From positions 1,120,001-1,184,000 of the forward strand of contig OZ219747.1 of NCBI GenBank assembly GCA_964291265.2: 64,000 bases of DNA, read 5' to 3'. Below, piece after piece: positions 31,393 to 42,630 of this stretch. Source of the stretch: Alphaproteobacteria bacterium (GTDB lineage: Bacteria > Pseudomonadota > Alphaproteobacteria > SP197). The position numbers and the translations under genes are program-made. Every line of letters begins with the position of its first letter. Position 1 is the stretch's first letter. The notes below the pieces were generated by a model. The model was given only the letters and a program-made list of their open reading frames with translations. It was not told where the DNA came from and searched no databases.

Positions 31393-32161
31393 CTGGAGGG
31401 CGCTGACACGGGAACTCGACACGTGGGCGCGATCGGGACAAGCGGCGACTTTCTGGTGGCGTGATGACGATGCCGGCGCCGATGCCGCGAGACTGGAAGG
31501 GCTTCTTCGTCTGCGGCAGGGTCTGGGAGTCCCTCTCGCCCTGGCTGTGGTGCCGGACTGGCTGATGCCGGACGTCACGGCGCTCATCGCCGGGGCGGAC
31601 GACATCCATGTGTTGCAGCACGGCGTTGCCCATGCCGACCACAGCGCCGGCAGGGGGCGCAGAATGGAACTCGGCGCCGGGGCCCTGGCTTCCGGTCTCG
31701 AGCAAGCCCTGATACGGTCGTGCGGCGTGCTGCGCACGACCTTCCCGTCGTCTGTGATCGAGGTCATGGTGCCCCCGTGGAACAGGATCGATGAGGTTGT
31801 TCTCTCCGTCCTTGCCGGGAGCGGTTTCCTTGGACTGTCGACACTCGGTCCACGGTGCGCGGCGCGTCGGCACGGTCTCGTCGTCAACAACGTTCACATC
31901 GATATCATCGACTGGAAAGCCGGAAGGAACTTTGCCGGTGTCGAGTGCTGCCTGGAGGCGTCTCTGCGACATCTCGAGAACCGCCGTCACGGTGTCGTTG
32001 ACCCTTCGGAGGTCACCGGACTGATGACCCACCACCTCGTTCATGACGCGGCATGCCACGCCTTCATCGCCCGATTCGTCCATACCGTTGCGCGGCACCC
32101 GGCAGGGCGCTGGCTTTCTGCAGCCACGGTGTTTGGCGCTACGAGGCGAGCGGACGCATGA
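31385..32161 (+). CDS. Polysaccharide deacetylase family protein
   Basis: FWWRDDD, LALAVVP, QHGVAHADH, VPPWNRI, VHIDIIDW, THHLVH. Confidence 0.85.
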   Translation: MADWRALTRELDTWARSGQAATFWWRDDDAGADAARLEGLLRLRQGLGVPLALAVVPDWLMPDVTALIAGADDIHVLQHGVAHADHSAGRGRRMELGAGALASGLEQALIRSCGVLRTTFPSSVIEVMVPPWNRIDEVVLSVLAGSGFLGLSTLGPRCAARRHGLVVNNVHIDIIDWKAGRNFAGVECCLEASLRHLENRRHGVVDPSEVTGLMTHHLVHDAACHAFIARFVHTVARHPAGRWLSAATVFGATRRADA

Positions 32162-32691
32162 AGGCACCAGGCGCCCTGCGCTATGGCATCCGGAGCATCG
32201 CTGCCGACTACGTGCGCGCGGCGTTCGGAGCGTTGGTGTGCCTCGTTCCGCCGGTGTTCATGAACGTGGCGGCCGTGCTGGCGTGGGTTCTCGTGGCGGC
32301 GGGTGCGCTGTTCGTGGCCTTTGGCCTGAGAACCCTGCTGCGCCACCTGACCACCTATGAACTCTCCCCGGAAGGGGTGAGAGCCATGGGTCCGCTCGGC
32401 GCCACGGTCTCCTGGACGGGTCTGACAGCCATCAGTCTCGCCTACTTCCAGACGCGCCCGAGGCGCAGGATCATCGCAAGGTCTCCGGGCGGCTGGATGG
32501 AGCTCACCCTTCGCGAAGGGCGGCAGGCCATCAGGATCGATTCCTCCCTCGAAGGATTCGATGACATCGTCGGCGAGGCCGCGCGGGTCGCCCGCAAGCG
32601 CGGACTGACGCTCAATCCGGTCACTCTCGCCAACCTGGCGGCCATGGGATTCGTCGAGGCTTCAGAAGACAAGGAGGAGGTCCCGTCGTGA
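32158..32691 (+). CDS. Hypothetical membrane protein
   Basis: Two TM segments; translationally coupled (ATGA/GTGA overlaps) on both sides. Confidence 0.75.
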   Translation: MKAPGALRYGIRSIAADYVRAAFGALVCLVPPVFMNVAAVLAWVLVAAGALFVAFGLRTLLRHLTTYELSPEGVRAMGPLGATVSWTGLTAISLAYFQTRPRRRIIARSPGGWMELTLREGRQAIRIDSSLEGFDDIVGEAARVARKRGLTLNPVTLANLAAMGFVEASEDKEEVPS

Positions 32692-34556
32692 TCCCCCTCA
32701 TCGAGGTCAGGGATCTCCACATCCGCTTCCGGGTGGGAGACGGCGCCGTCGAAGCTGTCAAGGGAGCGTCACTGACCATGTGGCCGGCGCGCACCCTGGC
32801 GCTGGTCGGTGAATCGGGCTCCGGCAAGACCGTGATTTCCCAGGCGATCATGCGCATTCTGCCGCGGGCAGCCGAGATTACGTCGGGCCGCATCCTGCTT
32901 CACGATCCCCGGCAGCGTGGCGAAGCGCCGGTCGACATCATCTCTCTCGACGAGAATGGCCGGGCGATGAGAGCCATCCGCGGCGGGCGCATATCGGTGA
33001 TCTTCCAGGAGCCCATGACGTCCCTGTCGCCATTGCACACGGTAGGTGACCAGGTCAGCGAAGCGCTCCATCTCCATCGCCGCTGCACGAGGGCAGAAGG
33101 CCGTGAACTCACCATCGACATGCTGCGCCTCGCCGGTTTTCCGGATGCACGCGCCGCCTTCGACAGCTATCCCTTCGAGCTTTCCGGCGGCTTGCGCCAG
33201 CGCGCCATGATCGCCATGGCGCTGGTTTGCCGTCCGGCATTGCTGATTGCCGATGAACCCACCACCGCGCTCGATGTCACCATCCAGGCGCAGATCCTCA
33301 AACTGGTGAACGACCTCAAGGACGAGCTCTCGATGGCGGTGCTGATGATCACCCATGACCTGGGTGTTGTCGCCAACGTCGCCGAGGACATCGTCGTCAT
33401 GTACCACGGCAGGATCATGGAACAGGGTTCCCTCGACGACATCTTCCGCCGGGCCCGCCATCCCTATCTCAAGGGCCTGCTGGCGGCCGTGCCGCGCCTT
33501 GGGCTGGGTCCCGGGGAGCGTCTGGTCCCGCTGCGCGAGATACCGATGGCGAACATCGCTGCCAAGGACCGCACGGAGGCTCGCGGGAGCGCGGGTGAAA
33601 CACTGCTTTCGGTCAAGGGACTGACGAAGACCTTCACCATGCGCAAGTCCGGCTTCATATCCCGCGCCAGGGCCCGGCGATGTGCGGTCAACGATGTCAG
33701 CTTCGAGGTGCGGCGTGGCGAGTGCCTCGGTTTGGTTGGCGAATCGGGGTGTGGCAAGACCACGACCAGCAAGCTCATACTCAAGGCCCTGGAACCCGAT
33801 GCGGGAACCATCACCTTCGTTGACGACGGCCAGCCACGGGATGTCGTGGCGCTGAGGGACACGGATCTCTTCGCTTACCGCAGGAAGGTGCAGTTCATCT
33901 TCCAGGACCCCTTCGGATCGCTCAATCCGCGCATGACGGTGTTCGACATCATCGTCGAACCATTGCTGATTCACGGTGTGGAGAGCGCCGAAGGGCGCGC
34001 TGACAGGGTCAAGGACCTCATCAGTGTCGTCGGCCTGGATGTCCGCCACCTGCGTCGCTATCCGCACAGTTTTTCCGGCGGACAACGCCAGCGGATCGGC
34101 ATCGCCCGGGCCCTTGCCCTCGAACCGGAACTGTTGATCTGCGATGAACCGGTCTCGGCTCTCGACGTCTCGATCCAGGCGCAGGTCCTCAACCTGCTGA
34201 AGGACCTGCAGCGGGAACTGGGACTCACCTACATCTTCATTTCGCACAATCTTGCCGTGGTCGACTACATGGCGGACCGCATAGCCGTCATGTGCGCCGG
34301 GCGACTCGTCGAACAGGCAAGCCGCGAGGAACTTTTCGGCAATCCGGTGCATCCCTACACGAGGGCCCTGCTGGACGCCGTTCCGGTGCCCGACCCGCAA
34401 CGCCGCCTTGACCTGTCACTGCTCATGGAAGGCCGCGCCTCCGTTCCGGCCGAGTGGCCCGAGCCCTTCCGGGAGACCGGGGGTCTCGGCAGGGTGCTCG
34501 TCGGTGACGGTCACTGGGTGCGGGCCACGGCCGCTCCGGGGAGTGTCCTGTCTTGA
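32688..34556 (+). CDS. Peptide/nickel-type ABC transporter ATP-binding protein (two NBDs)
   Basis: GESGSGKT and [41 protein letters not shown]. Confidence 0.93.
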   Translation: MIPLIEVRDLHIRFRVGDGAVEAVKGASLTMWPARTLALVGESGSGKTVISQAIMRILPRAAEITSGRILLHDPRQRGEAPVDIISLDENGRAMRAIRGGRISVIFQEPMTSLSPLHTVGDQVSEALHLHRRCTRAEGRELTIDMLRLAGFPDARAAFDSYPFELSGGLRQRAMIAMALVCRPALLIADEPTTALDVTIQAQILKLVNDLKDELSMAVLMITHDLGVVANVAEDIVVMYHGRIMEQGSLDDIFRRARHPYLKGLLAAVPRLGLGPGERLVPLREIPMANIAAKDRTEARGSAGETLLSVKGLTKTFTMRKSGFISRARARRCAVNDVSFEVRRGECLGLVGESGCGKTTTSKLILKALEPDAGTITFVDDGQPRDVVALRDTDLFAYRRKVQFIFQDPFGSLNPRMTVFDIIVEPLLIHGVESAEGRADRVKDLISVVGLDVRHLRRYPHSFSGGQRQRIGIARALALEPELLICDEPVSALDVSIQAQVLNLLKDLQRELGLTYIFISHNLAVVDYMADRIAVMCAGRLVEQASREELFGNPVHPYTRALLDAVPVPDPQRRLDLSLLMEGRASVPAEWPEPFRETGGLGRVLVGDGHWVRATAAPGSVLS

Positions 34557-36439
34557 GCGTGCGGGTTACCGCGGCGCTCCTCGTGGTGCTTCTTGCCATG
34601 CCGGCCCTCGCCGAGGAAGCGCCGTGGCTCGCCTCTCGTGTCAGGGCCGGAGACCTGCCGCCCCTTCACGAGCGCCTGCCGGATGAACCTCTCGTCGTCG
34701 TCGACGGCCGGGCAACGGGCGACTACGGTGGTGACTGGAACATGCTGATCAGCCGCGCCAAGGACACGAGGATCCTCGCTGTCTTCGGATACGCCCGGCT
34801 GGTCGGATATGACGGGTCCTTCTCCCTGGTGCCCGACATCCTCGACTCCTTCACCGTCGAGGACGGGCGCATCTTCACCTTCCGGTTGCGCCGCGGCCAT
34901 CGATGGTCGGATGGCCGTCCCTTGACCTCGGAGGACTTTCGCTACTGGTGGGAGGACGTTGCGGGACACCCGGAGCTCTCTCCGTCGGGCCCTCCCGCGG
35001 CGATGCGCGCCGGAGGCGCCCTGCCGCTCTTCGAAGTCATCAGCGACGAGATCGTGCGCTATACCTGGCCCACTCCCAACCCTGATTTCCTGCCGGCGCT
35101 GGCCGGCGCCGCTCCCCTCTTCATCTACCGTCCGGCCCACTACATGAAGCAGTTCCATGTGGATCATGGCGACGCCGGGACGATCGCGCGTCGGGCCGCC
35201 GAAGCCGGCAAACCGGGCTGGGCGTCGCTCCACAACGCTCTCGACAACCTCTATCGCTTCGACAATCCCGACCTTCCCACCCTGCAGCCATGGACCATTA
35301 CCAACGAGGCGCCGGCCCAGCGGTTCATCGGTGAGAGGAATCCCTTCTATCACAAGGTGGACGCCCGGGGCCGGCAGCTCCCTTACGTTGACCGTGTTGT
35401 CATGACCGTCGTTGACAGCAAGCTCATCCCTCTCAAGACGTGGGCGGGGGAAGCCGACCTTCAGGTGCGGGGACTGGCCTTCAACGACTACACCTTTCTC
35501 AAGGAAGGAGAGGAACACAACGACTATGAGGTGCGGCTGTGGCAGACGGCAAGAGGGAGCCAGCTTGCTCTCTATCCCAATCTCAACGTGGCTGATCCGG
35601 TGTGGCGCACGGTGCTGCGGGACCTCCGCTTCCGGCGTGCCCTTTCGCTGGCCATCAACCGCCGGGAGATCAACCAGGTCATCTACTTCGGTCTCGGCCT
35701 TGAAGGGCAGAACACCGTTCTTCCCGCATCGTCCCTCTACCGCGCCGAGTTTCGCGACGCCTGGGCCCGATTCGATCCCGAGGAGGCCAACCGTCTGCTC
35801 GACGACATGGGGCTTGCCGTCGACGACGGCATGCGCCTGCTTCCCGACGGCAGACCCCTCGAGATCATCGTCGAGACTGCCGGCGAGAACCCCGAAGAGA
35901 CCGACATACTCGAACTGATCCACGATTCCTGGGCAGTGGTCGGGATCAAGCTCTACCCCAGGCCCCTGCAGCGCGAGGTCCTGCGCAACCGCGTCTTCGC
36001 CGGCAAGACGGTGATGGCCATGTGGTTCGGCCATGAGAACGGCGTGCCGGTGGCGGACATGAGCCCCGGCGAGTTCGCGCCCACCACCCAGCAGCTGCTG
36101 ATGTGGCCGCGGTGGGGCCAGTACCACGAAACCGGCGGCGCCGCCGGGGAGCCCATCGACATGGAAGCGCCCCGACGTCTCATGGATCTCTATCTTGCAT
36201 GGCGCGACAGCCGGACCGTCGATGAGCGCCGGACCATCTGGGAAGAGATGCTGGAACTCTACTGCGACGGCGTCTATTCCATCGGCCTGGTTGCCGGAAT
36301 CCCCCAGCCCCTTGTCGTCTCGAACCGGATGAGGAACGTGCCGCAGGAAGCCGTCTACAACTGGGATCCCGGCGCCCAGCTCGGTGTATGGCAGCCCGAC
36401 ACGTTCTTCTTCGTCGATGGCGACGACGGCCGGCCATGA
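34553..36439 (+). CDS. ABC transporter substrate-binding protein (family 5)
   Basis: Signal peptide, LPPLHERLP, YGG, WSDG.P.TSED, RNPFYHKVD..GRQLPY. Confidence 0.9.
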   Translation: MSVRVTAALLVVLLAMPALAEEAPWLASRVRAGDLPPLHERLPDEPLVVVDGRATGDYGGDWNMLISRAKDTRILAVFGYARLVGYDGSFSLVPDILDSFTVEDGRIFTFRLRRGHRWSDGRPLTSEDFRYWWEDVAGHPELSPSGPPAAMRAGGALPLFEVISDEIVRYTWPTPNPDFLPALAGAAPLFIYRPAHYMKQFHVDHGDAGTIARRAAEAGKPGWASLHNALDNLYRFDNPDLPTLQPWTITNEAPAQRFIGERNPFYHKVDARGRQLPYVDRVVMTVVDSKLIPLKTWAGEADLQVRGLAFNDYTFLKEGEEHNDYEVRLWQTARGSQLALYPNLNVADPVWRTVLRDLRFRRALSLAINRREINQVIYFGLGLEGQNTVLPASSLYRAEFRDAWARFDPEEANRLLDDMGLAVDDGMRLLPDGRPLEIIVETAGENPEETDILELIHDSWAVVGIKLYPRPLQREVLRNRVFAGKTVMAMWFGHENGVPVADMSPGEFAPTTQQLLMWPRWGQYHETGGAAGEPIDMEAPRRLMDLYLAWRDSRTVDERRTIWEEMLELYCDGVYSIGLVAGIPQPLVVSNRMRNVPQEAVYNWDPGAQLGVWQPDTFFFVDGDDGRP

Positions 36440-37434
36440 TCACCTTCACCGTCCACCGGCTCATCGTCATGGTGCCGACGCTGATCGGCATCAGCCTCAT
36501 CACGTTCATCATCATCCAGCTGCCGCCCGGGGATTTCCTGTCGACCATGATCGCCGAATGCGAGGCCCGGGGTGAGTCGGGCTGCATGGAACAGGTCGGC
36601 ATTTACCGCCAGGAGTTCGGCCTCGACCGGCCCATGTGGCAGCAGTACGTGATCTGGGTCGCCGACCTTGTCCGGGGCGACATGGGAATCAGCTTCGAAT
36701 ACAACAAGCCGGTGGCCGAGGTCATGGGCGAGAGTCTCTGGCTCACCATCATCGTGTCCGGCGCGACCATCGTCTTCACCTGGGTCGTCGCCTTTCCCAT
36801 CGGGGTCTACTCGGCGACTCACCAGTACTCCTGGGGAGACCACGGGCTCACCTTCCTCGGTTTTCTTGGCCTGGCCACGCCCAATTTCCTGCTGGCCCTT
36901 GTGCTGCTGTTCCTCGCAAACGTGTGGTTCGGGACGTCGATTGGCGGGCTCATGGATCCCGTCTACATCGATCAGCCCTGGACCCGGGGGAAGGTCCTCT
37001 CGATCCTGGAACACCTGTGGATTCCGGTGGTGGTGATCGGTACGTCCGGTACGGCGGGCATGATCCGCCGCCTGCGCGCCAATCTGCTTGACGAACTTCA
37101 CAGGCAGTACGTCGTCACGGCGAAGGCGAAGGGGCTGCATCCGGTGAGAGTGCTCGTGCGCTATCCGCTGCGCATGGCGCTCAACCCCTTCATCTCGGAT
37201 ATCGGCAATCTGCTTCCCCAGGTCATCTCCGGAGCGGTGATCGTGTCGGTGGTGCTGTCGCTCCCCACCACCGGACCGATCCTGCTGCGCGCCCTGCAGA
37301 CCCAGGACATGTATCTCGCTGGCTCTTTCCTGATGTGCCTGGCGCTGCTCACCGTCCTCGGGGTGCTGGTCTCGGATCTGTTGCTGGCGCTGCTCGATCC
37401 ACGCATCCGCCTGGGCAGCAGTGGGAGCCGGTGA
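36436..37434 (+). CDS. ABC transporter permease (DppB-like)
   Basis: IIQLPPGD, GLDRP, YVVTAKAKGL EAA loop. Confidence 0.92.
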   Translation: MITFTVHRLIVMVPTLIGISLITFIIIQLPPGDFLSTMIAECEARGESGCMEQVGIYRQEFGLDRPMWQQYVIWVADLVRGDMGISFEYNKPVAEVMGESLWLTIIVSGATIVFTWVVAFPIGVYSATHQYSWGDHGLTFLGFLGLATPNFLLALVLLFLANVWFGTSIGGLMDPVYIDQPWTRGKVLSILEHLWIPVVVIGTSGTAGMIRRLRANLLDELHRQYVVTAKAKGLHPVRVLVRYPLRMALNPFISDIGNLLPQVISGAVIVSVVLSLPTTGPILLRALQTQDMYLAGSFLMCLALLTVLGVLVSDLLLALLDPRIRLGSSGSR

Positions 37435-38597
37435 TGCGCGACGCATCCGGCCATCTCGACCACTGGACCGATACCGGGCCCTGGGACCCTCATGATGTCG
37501 ACACACTGACGCCGGAACTCGAGCGCTTCTATCTCGCCAACCAGTGGACGCTGATGTGGTGGAAATTCCGCCGCCACCGCCTTGCCGTCATCTCCGGCAT
37601 CATCCTTGTGGCCACGTTCGTTTCCATCGCCATTTCGGAGATTCTCGCCCCCTACAATCTCCACACGCGCCACACCGACCACATCTATGCGCCACCGCAG
37701 ATGGTGCGGCTGTTTCACGAAGGCCGGTTCGTCGGGCCCTTCGTCTACGGCTACGACCACCGCCTTGACATGTCCAACCTGCAGCGTGTCTACACCCCGG
37801 ACCGGACCAGGGTCGAACGTCTGCGGTTCTTCTGCCTGGGCGATGCGTACACTTTCTGGGGCATGGTCGAGATGCGGTTCCACGTCGTCTGCCCTGCCGA
37901 GGGCGGCACGCTCTTCCTGCTGGGGAGCGACAGGCTGGGACGCGATCTCCTGTCCAGAATCCTCATGGGCGCGCGGATATCGCTCACGGTGGGCCTCATC
38001 GGCATCGCCATCAGCTTCTTCCTGGGAGTCGTCCTGGGTGGCCTCTCGGGCTACTGCGGCGGCTGGGTCGACGGTCTCGTGCAGCGCATGATCGAGATCA
38101 TGCGCAGTTTCCCGGAATTGCCCCTGTGGATGGCGTTGTCGGCGGCCCTGCCGATCACCTGGAGTCCGGTCCTGGTCTACTTCGGCATCACCATCATTCT
38201 CGGCCTCTTCGACTGGACCGGACTGGCGCGGGCCGTACGCTCCAAGCTGCTGGCCCTGAGGGAGGAGGACTTCGCCACCGCTGCCGTGCTCATGGGTGCG
38301 AAGCCGTCACGGGTCATCTTCCGTCACCTGCTTCCCGGCTTCACCAGCCATCTCATTGCCTCGGCGACCCTTTCCATTCCCGGCATGATCCTCGGCGAGA
38401 CGGCGCTCTCCTTCCTGGGCCTGGGTCTGAGGCCACCGATCACGAGCTGGGGCGTTCTCCTGAACGAGGCCCAGAACATCAACATCGTGGCGCTCTACCC
38501 CTGGCTCATGCTCCCCGTCGTTCCCGTCATCATTGTCGTTCTCGCCTTCAATTTCCTCGGCGACGGATTGCGCGACGCCGCCGATCCCTACCGCTGA
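37434..38597 (+). CDS. ABC transporter permease (DppC-like)
   Basis: LGSDRLGRDLLSR, ETALSFLGLG, FNFLGDGLRDAADP. Confidence 0.92.
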   Translation: MRDASGHLDHWTDTGPWDPHDVDTLTPELERFYLANQWTLMWWKFRRHRLAVISGIILVATFVSIAISEILAPYNLHTRHTDHIYAPPQMVRLFHEGRFVGPFVYGYDHRLDMSNLQRVYTPDRTRVERLRFFCLGDAYTFWGMVEMRFHVVCPAEGGTLFLLGSDRLGRDLLSRILMGARISLTVGLIGIAISFFLGVVLGGLSGYCGGWVDGLVQRMIEIMRSFPELPLWMALSAALPITWSPVLVYFGITIILGLFDWTGLARAVRSKLLALREEDFATAAVLMGAKPSRVIFRHLLPGFTSHLIASATLSIPGMILGETALSFLGLGLRPPITSWGVLLNEAQNINIVALYPWLMLPVVPVIIVVLAFNFLGDGLRDAADPYR

Positions 38598-39663
38598 CGG
38601 GGAGCCCTTCCTTGGCCCGGCGGTCAATCCATCGGATGGCCATGACAGCCAGGCACGCCCCACGATCGTTCGGAGGCCCCGCGTCCTCATCGATTCGCCC
38701 GGTGAACGCGGCTGAGCGCTCTTCGGGTCAAGGACGTGACGGTGCAGGCTCATGGCCGGATGGCCGGCGGTTTCCTGTCGGCTCACCCGACGGGCACATC
38801 GAGGCGATACGCGCAGAACCTGATGTTGCTCGCAGCCAGGTACACCGACGCCACCCGTGAACCTCCGGCCGAAGAAGCGCACCGAGGACGGAGTCGTCTC
38901 GGCACAGCAGAAGCCAAGCGGCGGACGTCGCCGCGAAGAACAGGTGTTGGGCGCGTGCGGCTTGCGCGGATACCGCGCACTGTGAAGGCGACCGCCGCCA
39001 TGCCGGCATCCCTCCAGGTGGCAGCGCTCCGCCTCGGCCGCATCAATCCTTATCAAGGAGAGGCCAGACATGGGCGCAGGAAAGCATGGAACCCGGGAAG
39101 GAAACGTGCGACATTGACTGGCCTCCGCTGATCTCATCGTCACGGAGACAAGCCCCTCGGCCGACTTCTTGCAGGTCGGTCGAAGGGCAACCACCCCAGA
39201 CCAGCAGACAATTCAAGCAGAACCGACGGAATCCACGTCAGAAATCACGCAAACGCTTTCTGGCGCACCTGGAATCCGTCATGTCCGTGGTGTTGCTGTC
39301 GCGGGATTCACCCCGCCTTCAGCGTGATTTCGCCAACTCCAGGAACTGGCGTTTCCGTCTCGCTTCTCACGGCGGTGGTTCCTGCATCCGCGAGCAGTCC
39401 GTGATGGAAGGTGGGGACAACACGCCGGGGGCGGTGCTCTGCGAACGTTCAGGACCAGGTGCTGCGCAGAAACGGCGTCACTTTCGGCCCCGGCGACCCG
39501 TAGTGTTCCCTGTGGAACCTGCTGGCACTCGCCGGCATCGACGAAGACGACTGGACGCCTGAGGTTTCGATACTGGACCCCGCCGGGAACGCTGGATGAT
39601 GGGCGAGAAGAGCGGCCGGGCTTGCGGGTTCTTGGCGCCCTCCCGGAAGGCGCCCTTGCGGAT

Positions 39664-40743
39664 TCAGATGCCGATGTCGCGCCGGATGTCGAAGGCGCGT
39701 TCGGCACCGGGATAGCGCCCCAGGAGTTCACGGACATGCGGTCGGTCAAGGAATGCCAGCCTGCCGCACCTCCAGTAGTCCTCTCCGTCAAGGGAAACCG
39801 TCGTGTCGAAGAGAGAGATCGCGACATCGCCAGGTGCGGTTCCGCAGGCATGGAAATGCGTGTAGCGCGGGCTGCCGAAAACCATGTCGGCCCACTTCTC
39901 GATATCGTCCTCGGCACACCCGTTGAAGAAGACCGTTGGATTGATGCCGGCATGCCAGGAGTGGATCCTGAAGGCCTCGCCCCCCGTGCGGGCGGCGACA
40001 CTCTCGAAATGCCGGCGGACACGATCGACGTCTTCCGTCTCGCCGCAGATGGCAACGATCCTGCCCTCCTCAAGCCGCAGGACGAGAGGAACGGGCAAGG
40101 GCAGGAGGCTGTCGTCGTAGAGATGGGTGGAGGTTGACAACAGCCACCTGGAAAGGACGATGCGCCCGGACAGTCCGCGGGCCTCGATCGGTGGAACGAT
40201 CATCACCGGGAACTGCCTGACGCTGAAGTCCTCCAGCTCCGCGGCATCGCCGGACACCGGGCCGGCGAGCTCGGTGCCCTCGGGACAGGTGATGCGGCAG
40301 TGCTGGCCCCGGGCGATCTCCCGTCGAAGAAGTCTGCAGACCTCGCTCAAGGCGCCGTACGGCGCGCGAGCAAAGGGATGGCGCAGATACTCGATGTCGT
40401 GGAGGTAGCACATCGTCCTGGTGCCCGGACCCTCCATGTCGCTGAACCGCACCTGATCACCGAGCCGGGAAACGAAGATCGTGTGGTCCACCTGGGCCAT
40501 GACCCGAGCGACCTCATCCGGAACGTCCTCGGGCCCATTCGTTTTCCGTGCGATCACGGTTTGTGGTCGGCCTCCCAGTTCGCGTGCCGCCGTGGCGAGA
40601 ACCCGGCAGACGCTGGTATCGAAGAACGCGCGCCGGTGGTCTTCTCCCACGAAAAGCACATCGTCGCCCCTGCGCATGCCGACACAGTCAAGAAGCAGGT
40701 TGCGCGCACCGTCGCGCAGGTCGTCATCGAGGAGGGCGTTCAT
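39664..40743 (-). CDS. Hypothetical protein, possibly M29 aminopeptidase/NicX-like metalloenzyme fold
   Basis: GARNLL..C, ITCPEGTEL, LRLEEGRI, HAGINP, HFHACG; last gene of a coupled operon; function uncertain. Confidence 0.6.
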   Translation of the reverse strand: MNALLDDDLRDGARNLLLDCVGMRRGDDVLFVGEDHRRAFFDTSVCRVLATAARELGGRPQTVIARKTNGPEDVPDEVARVMAQVDHTIFVSRLGDQVRFSDMEGPGTRTMCYLHDIEYLRHPFARAPYGALSEVCRLLRREIARGQHCRITCPEGTELAGPVSGDAAELEDFSVRQFPVMIVPPIEARGLSGRIVLSRWLLSTSTHLYDDSLLPLPVPLVLRLEEGRIVAICGETEDVDRVRRHFESVAARTGGEAFRIHSWHAGINPTVFFNGCAEDDIEKWADMVFGSPRYTHFHACGTAPGDVAISLFDTTVSLDGEDYWRCGRLAFLDRPHVRELLGRYPGAERAFDIRRDIGI

Positions 40744-41705
40744 GTGGTTCCATCGTCATAGGAGAATGCTCTGGCGAACCGCGATACCAGATAGTCGCCG
40801 CAGGCAATCGGAGCGTGACCGGGAACCTCGCCCTTCGCGCACGACACCGAAGGATCGATCAGGGTGTCGAAATCAGGGTCGAATGCCAGAACGATCGACA
40901 GTCTCTCGCGTCCCGACCGGTTGATCACCCGGTGCGGTGTCGAACGCAGCTTGCCGTTGCTCCACCTGGCCAGCAGGTCCCCCACATTGACGACAAGCGT
41001 GCCCGGAACGGGAGGCGCCGCGATCCAGTCGCCTGCGTAGTCCTCGACCTGGAGGCCTCCGACCTCGTCCTGGCAAAGCACGGTCAGAACTCCGAAATCC
41101 GTGTGCGGGGACACGCCGAAGACCTCGGGGCCCAGTGTCGCCGGTTGAGGTGGATAGTAGGCCAGTGAAGCCCGACTGAGCGGCCTGGAGGTCCGTTGAA
41201 GAAAGGTGTCGGCTGCGAGGCCAAGCCCCAGGGCGCAACCGCGCAGGACATGTCGGGCAACGTCGCTGCCGGCAACGAGATAACGTTCCAGAACCGGACG
41301 CAGGTCCGGTACCGACATGGGCCACTGGTTGACACCTTCCAGGGGCCTCATCCTCCGTGATGGGGGGAAATCATGGCCCCACACGAAGCTCTCCTTGAGA
41401 TCCGGAATGGCGTCATCATCCATCCTGGAGGCGCCGGGTCTGAGGTAGCCCCGGTGATCCCTGTTGATGGAGACTTCCCGCTTGACCTCGCCGTTCTGCC
41501 GAAAGAACGTCAGTCCCGTGCGATGCGCTTCGGCGATCAGCTGCGGATCGATCCCGTGATTGCGGATGTAGAGGAATCCGACCTCCCGGCTTGCCTCGTG
41601 GATCTCTCTCGCCACACCGAACTCCGTGGAACCGTCGCGCAACGGACCGATATCGATGATCGGTATGGCAGAGGTGTCGATCTCCCTGTGTGCGGCGTAA
41701 CCCAT
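40740..41705 (-). CDS. 2-oxoglutarate/Fe(II) oxygenase (isopenicillin N synthase family)
   Basis: IPIIDI, GFLYIRNHGI, HTDFG, NVGDLLARWSNG, HRV, RLS. Confidence 0.92.
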   Translation of the reverse strand: MGYAAHREIDTSAIPIIDIGPLRDGSTEFGVAREIHEASREVGFLYIRNHGIDPQLIAEAHRTGLTFFRQNGEVKREVSINRDHRGYLRPGASRMDDDAIPDLKESFVWGHDFPPSRRMRPLEGVNQWPMSVPDLRPVLERYLVAGSDVARHVLRGCALGLGLAADTFLQRTSRPLSRASLAYYPPQPATLGPEVFGVSPHTDFGVLTVLCQDEVGGLQVEDYAGDWIAAPPVPGTLVVNVGDLLARWSNGKLRSTPHRVINRSGRERLSIVLAFDPDFDTLIDPSVSCAKGEVPGHAPIACGDYLVSRFARAFSYDDGTT

Positions 41706-41706
41706 G

Positions 41707-42306
41707 TCAGGTCGCTCCAGTCGTCTCACCGGCCGGGGTATAGTATCCCACCACGTCACCCTCGAGGGTCACGCCGAGCCCGTTGAGCAGGCGGTTGACG
41801 TAGTTGAAGTAACCGCAGATCTGGTTGACTTCAAGAATCGCGCCGTCCTCAACGCCGCAGTCCCGCATGGCTGCAAGGTCCTTTTCGACCATCGTGCCGG
41901 GTTCAAGGGTCAGTTTCCGGGCATAGCGGAGCATGGCAAGTTGCGCCGCCTCGAAGGCCGCCTCCGGACGTCCGGCCCTGAGCGCGGCGAGGATGGTGTC
42001 GGCACGTTCGTCATCTGCGATGAGATGACGCGCGTTGGCGAAGTGGTTGGTGAGGGAATAGTCACAGAGGTTGAGAATGCTGACCCAGGAGGCGATCACT
42101 TCCTGAAACCACATCGGGAGCCGGTTGCCGTCGTTGTGAAGGACGCTCGTGTAGAGTTCCCAATGGCCCGTCATGGTGTGTGGCCGAAGCGAATGGACAC
42201 GCATGACGTTGTCCACCCGACCGGATGGGCTGCGGGTCTTGTCGAGAATGGCCCTGAGCTCGGGCGAGGCCTTCGAATCTTCGATCATGGTGATCCAGGC
42301 CGTCAT
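41707..42306 (-). CDS. AhpD/carboxymuconolactone decarboxylase family (peroxidase-related) protein
   Basis: VDNVMRVHSLRP, NLCDYSLTNH, YARKLT, YFNYVNRLLNGLG. Confidence 0.85.
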   Translation of the reverse strand: MTAWITMIEDSKASPELRAILDKTRSPSGRVDNVMRVHSLRPHTMTGHWELYTSVLHNDGNRLPMWFQEVIASWVSILNLCDYSLTNHFANARHLIADDERADTILAALRAGRPEAAFEAAQLAMLRYARKLTLEPGTMVEKDLAAMRDCGVEDGAILEVNQICGYFNYVNRLLNGLGVTLEGDVVGYYTPAGETTGAT

Positions 42307-42630
42307 GGATTGTCTCCTCTGCGTGCGTCGCCATCAGGCGGCAAACCGCCAGACTGTCGGGATTGTCCGTACGAGTCCACGCCGAATTCAGAAACGATCA
42401 GGACATGGGTCCCGTCAACCTCCATATGACCGGCGCCATTCCGGTCATCTGCCTTTCGGGTGTGGCATCGCTGGAAGGGGCTCCTGCCTCCTGCAGACGC
42501 GGGCGTGACGATCAGGTACCGGTCGGATGTAAGTCGACTGCCGCGGTCAACGGGACCTGGAGACGGGGGCGCTGAAACGCCAGCTTCGTGGCTTTCGTCC
42601 GGCGTCGTCGATGGGACCTGCCCACTGTTC

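Noticed and set aside
39130-39400. Possible IS5-like transposase remnant on the - strand (TDMTD, STDLQEV)
   Set aside because: Motifs are too short and no IRs or TSD were found.
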